Origin: Macrostomum lignano
Taxonomy: Eukaryota
Reading direction: 5' to 3'
Length of the DNA stretch: 64,000 nucleotides
NCBI GenBank assembly: GCA_002269645.1
Contig: NIVC01000035.1
Coordinates: forward strand, 310,001-374,000
Positions 34,412-44,400 of the stretch are shown piece by piece. Position 1 is the stretch's first letter; each line of letters opens with the position of its first letter. The translations under genes and the position numbers were made by a program. The notes under the pieces were generated by a model, which searched no databases, was not told where the DNA came from, and worked only from the letters and a program-made list of their open reading frames with translations.

Positions 34412-35149
34412 GATGCATAGCTGCTTTAATTGCTGCGTTGTGTAGAATTCGAGTACTTCAACTAGACAATTGCTGCACTGCAGTTATAATTAAAATAGTA
34501 ATTCTATTCAGAAATTAAACTGCTTTTCCTTTACCACATCGTTCCACGTAGCTTTGTTAACAGACGATTTTTCTCACTTTTTTATCTTTAAAATTTTACG
34601 AGAATAATCAAAGACTTCTACTGACAGTAGGATAAACAGTAAGTATATCGTACTTTTTTAGAAAATAACAACAAATTGGCCGAGAAAAGCACTGGCAGCA
34701 ATTGAACAGTTTTATTTACAAAAAACACAATTAAAAGTACAATTGAAAATGCCGCAATAAAAACAATAAAACAAAAATAAAAAACACATTGCAATGCAGT
34801 TTCATTCTAATGGCTTTTCGAGCAATATTAATAATTAAACAATAAAAGAAAGCATTTCGAACTTCGTTAAATTCTAGCGCTTTATATGGTTTTTAATGCG
34901 AAATTCGAGAATTTAAACATATTTCCTCATATACTTATAGTAGTAAGTCGTGAGCATGATCAAATCAGTCCCGAATAGCTGACGGAAAACGATGATAAAA
35001 TAATTAATAAATAGACAATAAAAATAACAGTATGAAAATAAAGCCAAATTACAGTATTATAAAGCCATATATTGAATTACTGCAGAGGTGAAGACTTGAA
35101 AATGAAAACAATGGGGTTTTGAGGATTTGAGATAATTTATTGAGGAATT

Positions 35150-35625
35150 AGGATTATTGATTGGGATTTGGGATTGTTGATTGGGGATTTGGGATTTGGA
35201 ATTATTGATTGGGTTTTGGAATTATTGATGGGTGGGAATTTGGGATTGTTGATTGGGATTTGGGATTATTGATAGGGGATTTGGGATTATTGATGGGGAT
35301 TTGGGATTATTGATGGGGATTTGGGATTGTTGATGGGGATTTGGGATTATTGATGGGGATTTGGGATTATTGATGGGGATTTGGGATTATTGATGGGGAT
35401 TTGGGATTGTTGATTGGGGATTTGAGATTGTTGATTGGGATTTGGGATTATTGATAGGGGATTTGGGATTATTGATGGGGATTTGGGATTATTGATGGGG
35501 ATTTGGGATTGTTGATGGGGATTTGGGATTATTGATGGGGATTTGGGATTATTGATGGGGATTTGGGATTATTGATGGGGATTTGGGATTATTGATGGGG
35601 GATTTGGGATTATTGATGGGGGATA
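35150..35625. repeat. 20-bp G/T-rich minisatellite (GGGATTTGGGATTATTGATG)
   Basis: Direct reading; lies downstream of the BicC-like stop codon. Confidence 0.95.
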
Positions 35626-35831
35626 AATCACTTCGGACTCTAATCTGGAGATTAAAGTTTCTATTCTCCACATGGGATTTTAACGTTGTTAGGATCATAA
35701 AGTTAAAACGATTGATTGGGATTTGGGAATAGAATAAAAATGGAAGTAAGCGACCTGCAATTTCAATTCAAACAAAATGCGCGGAGAAAAAAAAATGAAT
35801 TAAATTAAGAGATAAAGTTAATTAAGACCAG

Positions 35832-37570
35832 TCAGTTCTCACTCTGCTGCTCACCGATCTGCAGCCGAAGATGCCGCAGGCGAATCTCCATCATAAGATC
35901 CTCTTCATCGTCGACCTCACCGCCGTAGCGCCAAGCCGCAGTGTCGGGCGCCAGTTTTCGAGCTGACAGCGGCGCCTCCTGCGGCCGGCGGCGGCATGGA
36001 TTCGGCTGGCTCGAATTCGAGTTCGAATGAAGCACTGGCTGAGCTCGGAGCCGATGGGACTCTGCGTTGAGTGTGCAGAGAGGGGATGAGGTGTCGTATC
36101 GAATAGAGCAAAAGTTGGCGCCAAATCCAGACGAAGAAAATCTGGCGCCAAATAAAAATGAACAAAGATGCAAAAGCAGCGATTCGCGAACTCACCAGAC
36201 TCAAATATCTGCAGGTTCCTCAGCAGGTCAGAAGACGGCAGAACTGGCTTAGTGGGTCGAAGCAGCAGAGCCGCTGGTCGAATACGCAGCTGCTTCCGCT
36301 GCTGCTGCTGCTGCTGCTCGGAATTCGCCGGCTGCCGGAGTTCAGGCGAGCGCGGGCCCGAGCGAGCGTTAGCCATGACGAACTGCTTCGGCGAATTCAA
36401 ATAGAATGGCAGCTCTGGACAATTAGCCTTTGGCCAACTAAGCCGAACTCGTTGCCATAGCGACAAAAGCTGTGGCATGTTTTTCTGCGAAAGCAGCCAT
36501 TTTACATCGAATAGTGCAGCAATATTCGATTCGTGCGTCTCCAAAGAAATCTTCTGGCCGACAAAGAATCGTTTGAAATAAGCCGAATCGCTGAATGCCG
36601 CATTCGAGCTGCCGAATGCATCGCCGATGTTGCACTTGATTCGAACTTTGTAGACATCCTCGAGGATTTGAATAGCGTTTGAGTCGGTCAGATTCTCAGA
36701 CACTGAGTTGGAAGCGATCAGCATGCTGATTGGCAGCGAGTTGGTCAGCAGAATCTTCGTCTTCAGAACCTTCATCGGATCCTGGCTAGAAATTTCCACA
36801 ACGGAGTCGTCTTTCAGCTCGATAGTGACACCGATATCTTTGAAAAATGCATGCACAGCGGCGGCTGGCGTGGAGGATTCAATGCTGGACAGTTGGAAGC
36901 TCTTTGGAATCGCTCCGTTGACAGTCTGGACTACCTGGTTCCAGTGATTGACGGGAATGCGATCCGCAGTGTAGAGCTTGGACATTGGCTGGTTGAACTT
37001 GCGAACTAGGCTCTCCTGAATGAGATTGGCAACAAAGACAACCTTAGAGCCGCTCTCCATGATGCCGCGGAGCACAAAAGTGGCGGGAGCTTCCTTCTCG
37101 ACGGAAATAGAGATTGATTCGTAGCAAGCAATGGAAGCTATTCGACTAAGCTCGTTTGCGATGGCATCCGAAATCGATTGCAGACTAGGAAATACCATGC
37201 GGATGATGACTAGCTGGTTTCGTCGGATGTTTTGCACCGACGCGGTCAGAACCTCGGCCAGACGATCTTCCGCTTCTGGAGGGCATGGCTCGCGTTTTAA
37301 ATCGAGCTCGGCCGGAGTGATGACAACCTCGTCTGATCGCGACATGCCAGGCGTATCAGCAGATGATGAACTAGAGTCGCTCTGGATAAAAGCATCTTCC
37401 GAATTGCCTTTTAACTTTCGGCCTTTGTTGACAACTTCTGGAAAGTTGATCAGGGTCTTGGATGCCACCTGAAGCTTCTTATGGAAGCTACCCTTTTTCC
37501 CAATGAGATGACTGTGGTCGTCTCTAGACACGTTGATGCGCATAATGGGTCCTTTCAGTAGATGATACAT
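35832..37570 (-). CDS. Bicaudal-C/GLD-3-like KH-domain RNA-binding protein; join(37570-36196,36061-35832), ~534 aa
   Basis: N-terminal MRINVSRDDHSHLIGKKGSFHKKLQVASKTLINFPE matches BicC-type KH1 (MDVSHTEHSHVIGKGG..IHFPD). A 134-nt phase-1 intron (G|gtgagt...acgcag|AG) links to a final exon ending QIGEQQSEN*. The real start may be the ATG at 37543. Confidence 0.75.
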
Positions 37571-37714
37571 TGTTAAAGTTTTTAGTAGAAAAGCAGAAAT
37601 AAAATCAGAGCAAAGAAAATAACGGAGTTACTTTCAAGCGGCTGGCGCTCTAAAAAGTTATTAGTATATAAGGAGATAAACTAATGGCTGGAACCAGTTA
37701 GGACGCCAGGCGGA

Positions 37715-37830
37715 ATCCTATTGGCTGAAACCGCTCAACTACTCATGATTGGTCGAGGGCTAGACGGGGGGTTCGTGTTTGCGGTGCAGAGGGAGGGGCA
37801 GGGAGGGGAGGGCTTGTGGTCTGGCCTAAG
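37715..37830 (-). promoter_or_regulatory. Putative proximal promoter of the BicC-like gene
   Basis: ATTGG (CCAAT on the - strand) at 37720 and 37748 plus G-rich GC-box-like runs, 150-250 nt upstream of the ATG. Confidence 0.4.
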
Positions 37831-38728
37831 GGTGTAGGGAAGAACGATTCAACGTTTAACTTATTCCCAATATTCCCAATCGTTTTTAAAAGGCAGTGTT
37901 AAACCATACGTGCTTAATGTTAATGGGATAATTATTTCGAATATGCTTTTTACCATTGAAATGAATTTGCTTGTATCCATTATGCAAGTTTATGCACCCA
38001 TTTGCAGGGAATTTTTAAAGCGAAGAAAAATTAATAACAAATTCTAAAAACTGAAATGCCATTTTCACGAGGTTCTTGTATAGTTTTAAAAACGGAATTC
38101 CCTTTTGCCGAAATGAAAACGTGTTTTGCCGTCGAGTTTATTTTTGCGATTTACTTCTGCTGGTGGAAGGACGGACTTTTACTGTTCTTGTTGTTCTTCA
38201 GCATTCGCGAAATCATTACATATAATTCCAAAATGTTAAAGCGCATACGAAATTGATTATTTCTCACATCAAGCACGCAACTATACAAGATCTTTCAACT
38301 AAATAATACTACGATACAAATAATTTAACAAGTATGCATGAACTGAGAAAACTGAACTGAGAGCAAGAGTTGATGACAACGTTAGCAACTAAATATCTAT
38401 TTAACCAAAATCGCCATGCATTGAGACAGTTCACATTCATTTAAATAGGGGCATATTAAAACAAGTAAAATATAAGTGCTTTTTGAAAGTAGAAGATTAG
38501 CCTAATAAAACAAAATCTAGAATGGCTCAAAACATATACAGTACAGATAAGATAAAATCATGTAACTCGTATAATTCAAAGTTTAGACGCAAAAAATAGT
38601 TATCTAAACTGAAAAATACTTATAGGATGTTGCAATTGTATAATTGCAAGTCACTGCACTGCAGATGCTGATGATCCATCAGAAATTGCGGCTTATGGGA
38701 AAGAGTGCAGCAATTTAGAAGGCAGGCT

Positions 38729-39061
38729 TCAACTCTTCTTAACAGCTTCGTGGTTGTAAGGACACTGAAATTTATGCGTCAAAATATTTAGGATTTTAAA
38801 CGAAAATATTATGGTATACAGTTGAATTTAATAAAGATTGTATAATGTACTTACATGTCTACACAAGTGTCCACAGCAATGTCCACGTTTTTTGTGGGCA
38901 AGTTCAGTAAATACTCGATAACCAGTCGCGGGGTCAATGTAGGTATCTTCGCCGCGGTCAACCGCACATTTATGAGCCTGCTGCGCTTCTGGCGGAAGCG
39001 CAGCCTGCGCTGTTGTTGAGGTTTTGCAATTTGAAGCACTAGGACTAGCGTCACCATCCAT
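38729..39061 (-). CDS. C1orf53: DUF5522 / C1orf53-like small protein; join(39061-38855,38764-38729); the open frame extends upstream to 39262
   Basis: HKCAVDRGEDTYIDPATGYRVFTELAHKKRGHCCGHLCRH|CPY matches the family motif YxDPxTGYxVFT..H..RG.CCG..CRHCPY; 90-nt phase-0 intron (CAT|gtaagt...tttcag|TGT). Confidence 0.85.
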
Positions 39062-39559
39062 GATTTCGCTGTTAGATTTCAGGCCGCATGTGAATTGAAG
39101 CTGAACAGTTTTTAGCGAACCCCCAGGACAAATAATTAAGCGAGAGCCTTGAAAGTAACGAGCATAAATGTTGGTTGCTTTCTGCAAAGCATCCAATCTT
39201 AGCATCATGCAAATAAAAAAAAATAAAAAACTGGTAAAGAATGAATATAATAGATGTTTCATTTAGGTACCAGGTAGGTCGGACCATTGTACCAGCTCTA
39301 GCCTGTAGTGGGTCTCTAAAACCTACTAAGGCAATTAAATTACGAAAGGTGGCTTAAAATAAAGACACAAAACGGTTTATCAATATTAGTGCAACTGCAC
39401 GGCATAATCTAAAAGAGCTGGGACAAAGTGGCGCCACTTGCGCTAGTAAACACGGTTTTATTGCCTCTCCTGAAAGTAGAGACCCCAGTCTGCTAGTAGT
39501 CATAAAAATTCAAGACAACCGCCCCCAGCCCCGATAAGTAGCGCAATATTCAAAACAAG

Positions 39560-39700
39560 TCTGAGGTCACGTGAGGCGGGTAGGAGGCTTGGCTGTCCCG
39601 ACTTGGGGTTTGTTTTGGTTGAAACTTTCTCACACTTTGGCTCGCGCTCCGATTGGTCAAATTGGCGGAGCAAACCTCGGCCGTAGCGTCATAAAACTTT
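39560..39700 (-). promoter_or_regulatory. Putative promoter of the DUF5522 gene
   Basis: GTCACGTG E-box at 39566-39573, GGCGGG, and ATTGG at 39652 and 39661 in a local GC island. Confidence 0.4.
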
Positions 39701-39761
39701 CAACACGAAACCAAAAGTCAAACCAAATAACCAAAACGTTGAATTGGTTCATAAAAACAAC

Positions 39762-39767
39762 TTTATT
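39762..39767 (-). terminator. Candidate distal poly(A) signal of the DENN gene
   Basis: TTTATT (AATAAA on -) at the far end of a 1.7-kb AT-rich tract downstream of the stop at 41489. Confidence 0.35.
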
Positions 39768-41488
39768 TGACTAATTAATTGATTAGTAATTATAATGGCT
39801 TCGCAAAGGCTAGACAGACAGGCGCACCAGTAATAATACAACACGATTCCTTGAATTTCCCACGACCAACAAAACAACTTTATCTTTTGATAACAAATGC
39901 GTGGTGGGTGGGGCGATTAAATCTCAGCTGATGCCCGCCTCTTGAGGCCCTAGTGGGGGCGGCACCTACATACAAAACTTATTCAATAAAGCTAGGGACT
40001 CCCTACTTAATTTTCATCTCGCATCATCACACTAATTATTTTCACAAGACTGAAGTTATGAATCTAATGAAGATTTATGAAAGTGCTGCGCTGATTGCCA
40101 TATAAGGAGATATAATCATGTTTAAGACTCAAAATGGTATACATGCTAACATTGCGAAAAGGTGGTCAATACAAACTAATCTGCACAATAATCGTCCCTG
40201 AGACTGAGCTAATATAAGAACCACGGGGCCCTACTGTACAGTCCAGTCACTGTATGAAAGCGTCGTTATTGCTTCTAAGTCTGTTATAATCTTACTTGGT
40301 TACCTAAAGTGGTACAATGCAAATATTTTCTAAACAAAAAGCAAAAGTCGTCAATTATGTAAAAATCAATTAATAGCAAATATATAGCATCATAAAATAT
40401 GAAATTGCTTTGCAAATTGCAATTTCAATATATTTCAAATTGGATTGTATTGAAAGCCAGAATATTCACATGTAGAATTACACAATTTAATATATTTACA
40501 CATTATTTACAAAATGTCAGTAAGTACACAATAAAAATTTAATACAACTGGAATTAAGTGATGCGTGAATTTTATGTTAATGTAACTATATAAACAGTCA
40601 AATAATAAACAAACTAGATAGGAGTAGAAATAATTAAGATCAAGATTTAAAACTGCAAACACGATAGTATTAAACCCGTGCTTTTATGTACTTTTAGTGT
40701 CTTAAACCCGAAAAATACACCATGAAATAAAAAGCTATTAACTAAAAAATCTAAAATGAAAGATCACATATCGGTGTGACTTTGACACAATAAAATTAAA
40801 TAGTTAAAAAGCTGAATGAATAAATTATGGGGGCTATGTAATTCAATGATGGAGGTGATCAGACAGGAAATATCTTGAATGTTAATTGCAAGAAAGCTGA
40901 TGATAAATTTACGTTTTTTAAAATCACATGCGTGTTATTAATAAATTTAATTCGATGAATTCACTGGCAAAAGCGAGACCGGAAAGCAACAACATTGGGC
41001 ACATTAAAAGAACAAACTAAAGTACAAAATGCTCTCAACAGAAGTAGCACAATTGTATAGCATGAATAAACTTGTAACTTTTAGGAGCAAAATAATTTTT
41101 ACAAACGGGTTAAAAATATTCTGCTGGCAGATCTTATGAATCATTTAACATCAACAACCATTAATAAGCAAATAAAATTCAGTTACTCTTTTCTTTTTAA
41201 AAATCTAAAAAGGCAATAAAAGGCAACGGAAGTCTGCCTCACTTAGTAAAACAAATTGATCATCACACGATTACAGCGCAGGATGCAAATTTGATCAAAT
41301 TTCTAATAAAAAATCAATCGATAATCTCAAAAGACAAATTTCAAAGTCGTGGAACTGGGTTCATTTAACAAAAGTACACACTATACTTAACTTTTTCTGG
41401 CACATTTGGTACTATTTATACTACTACAAAGTAGGCACCAAAAGAAAATACATGAATTTTAGTTAGGAATTATTAAAACTTTGAATTT

Positions 41489-44400
41489 TTAGGACTTAGA
41501 GAATTGCGTCTCCCAGCAGTTTTGACTGCCGCTGGACGCTAGCACCACCGGGGCCGGGCTGCTGGGCGCCTCATCGGGCAGCGAGCTCAACGGCGGCAAA
41601 GGCGGCGGCCCATTAGTCAGCATCAGGCGATTGGTGGCCAAACTGTTACTGCGTTTAAACGCCATGGAAGCCAGCCGGCCCTTGACGCTATAATTATCTT
41701 CGACATCAAAGGAAGCCGCCGACGGTAATTTTGGCGCCGTCGAAGTCGGAACCAGGTGCAAACTGACGCGCAATTCGTGCGACGAATCTGTCGACACGTC
41801 ATCTCCGTCGTCGTCAACGCTGCTGCTGTCGTCTTGTTGTTCGACATCTTCAGCTGCCTCTAGCGGCGGCGTCGATCCTCTTGCCGCGGCAATCGACGAC
41901 GGCTTTGGCGGAGGAGGTCGCGGCGGCGGCGGCCGTTTCGGCGGCTGTCGTTGCGGATTGCCGATGGTGTTGAAGATCTTAGTGGAGTCGACGCTAGACT
42001 TGTCAGTGGGGCTCTGGAAAGCGATGTCGAGATTTTAGGATATCTGAGTTCTGGCAGAGCCGGGACATTTGCGTCTGGCATATTAATCACAAACCTTGAT
42101 TTTGGCGCTGCCATCTCTTAACTTTGATTTTGGCACCGCCATCTCTTAACTTTGATCTTGGCGCTGCCATCTCTTAACTTTGATTTTGGCGCCGCCATAT
42201 CTTAACTTTGATTTTGGCGCCGCCATATCTTAACTTTGATTTTGGCGCCGCCACCTCCAAATTTGATTTTGCCGCCGCCATCTCTAACTTTGATTTTGGC
42301 GCCGATAACTTATTTGATTTTGGCGCCGCCATCTCTAACTTTGATTTTGGCGCCGATAACTTCTTTTATTTTGGCGCCGCCATCTCTAACTTTGATTTCG
42401 GCGCCGCCATCTTATTTGATTTTGGCGCCGCCATCTGCCAATTTGATTTTTGGCGCCGCCGCCACCATCTCCAACTTTGATTTTAGCGCCGCCATCCCTA
42501 ACTTTGATTTTGGCGCCGCCATCTGCCAATTTGATTTTTGGCGCCACCATCTCTAACTTTGATTTTGGCGCCGCCAACTTATTTGATTTTGGCGCCGCCA
42601 TCGCTAACTTAAAATAGTTCATCGTGTAACTCATACTCGCAATAAAAGCTTACCTGAATGATTGCGGCATTGCGCAGACAGGACATTGTGACAGGCCTAG
42701 GCCGGGTCATCACAGGCGGAGAACTGGTCCCCCCGCCGTCAACAAGATCATCAGTGGAAGTTGATGTTTTAGATACGGGCGCCTGCTGCTGCTGCTGTCG
42801 CAGGTTGCTGCTTTCGCCGGGATATAGGGTTGTGGCTCGAGGGCCGGAGTGGTTGCTAGGTAGATGGCGAGCAAACGAGCGCATCGCCACAGTCTGTTGG
42901 AAATTGTTTTGTAAAGGTTGTTTGAATTTTAGAAAAGAAATAACTTTAAATCACAAACATCCTTAAATCCCACAAACACAGATCCTAGAATCCCAGAGTC
43001 CCCATACTCAGATCCCAGAGTCCCCATACTCAGATCCCAGAATCCCCATACTCAGATCCCAGAATCCCCATACTCAGATCACAGAATTTCCCCATACTCA
43101 GATCACAGAATTTCCCCATACTCAGACCCCAGAATCCCTCCATATTCAGATCCCAGAATCCCCATACTCAGACCCCAGAATCCATCCATATTAAGATCCC
43201 AGAATCCCCATACTTAGATCCCAGAATCCCCCATACTTAGATCCCAGAGTCACCATACTCAGATCACAGAATTTCCCCATACTCAGATCACAGAATTTCC
43301 CCATACTCGGATCCTAGAGTCCCCATACTCAGATCACAGAATTTCCTCATACTCAGATCACAGAATTTCCCCATACTCAGATCACAGTCCCCATACTCAG
43401 ATCCCAGAATCCCTCCATACTCAGATCCCAGAATCCCTCCATATTCAGATCCCAGAGCCCCCATACTCAAATCCCAGAGTCCCCATACTCAGATCCCAGA
43501 GTCCCCATACTCAGATCACAGAATTTCCCCATACTCGGATCCTAGAGTCCCCATACTCAGATCACAGAATTTCCTCATACTCAGATCACAGAATTTCCCC
43601 ATACTCAGATCCCAGAGTCCCCATACTCAGATCCCAGAGTCATCATACTCAGATCCCAGAATCCCTCCATACTCAGATCCCAGAATCCCTCCATACTCAG
43701 ATCCCAGAGTCCCCATACTCAGATCCCAGAGTCCCCATACTCAGATCACAGAATTTCCCCATACTCAGACCCCAGAATCCCTACATATTCAGATCCCAGA
43801 GACCCCATACTCAGATCACAGAATTTCCCCATACTCAGACCCCAGAATCCATCCATATTAAGATCCCAGAATCCCCATACTTAGATCCCAGAATCCCCCA
43901 TACTTAGATCCCAGAGTCACCATACTCAGATCACAGAATTTCCCCATACTCAGATCACAGAATTTCCCTATACTTGGATCCTAGAGTCCCCATACTCAGA
44001 TCACAGAATTTCCCCATCCTCAGATCCCAGAGTCCCCATACTCAGATCCCAGAGTCCCCATACTCAGATCCCAGAATACCTCCATTCTCAGATCCCAGAG
44101 TCCCCATACTCAGATCCCAGAGTCTCCATACTCAGATCACAGAATTTCCCCATACTCAGACCCCAGAATCCCTCCATATTCAGATCCCAGAATCCCCATA
44201 CTCAGACCCCAGAATCCATCCATATTAAGATCCCAGAATCCCCATACTTAGATCCCAGAATCCCCCATACTTAGATCCCAGAGTCACCATACTCAGATCA
44301 CAGAATTTCCCCATACTCAGATCACAGAATTTCCCCATACTCAGATCACAGAATTTCCCCATACTCAGATCCTAGAGTCCCCATACTCAGATCACAGAAT

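Noticed and set aside
35150-35625. Telomere-like G-rich repeat
   Set aside because: The unit is a 20-mer with GGGATT, not TTAGGG, and it sits between genes with no end-of-chromosome features
35891-36195. C-terminal part of the 559-aa ORF as contiguous coding sequence
   Set aside because: A strong gtgagt donor at 36195 and an acceptor at 36062 define an intron leading to a different, more protein-like frame
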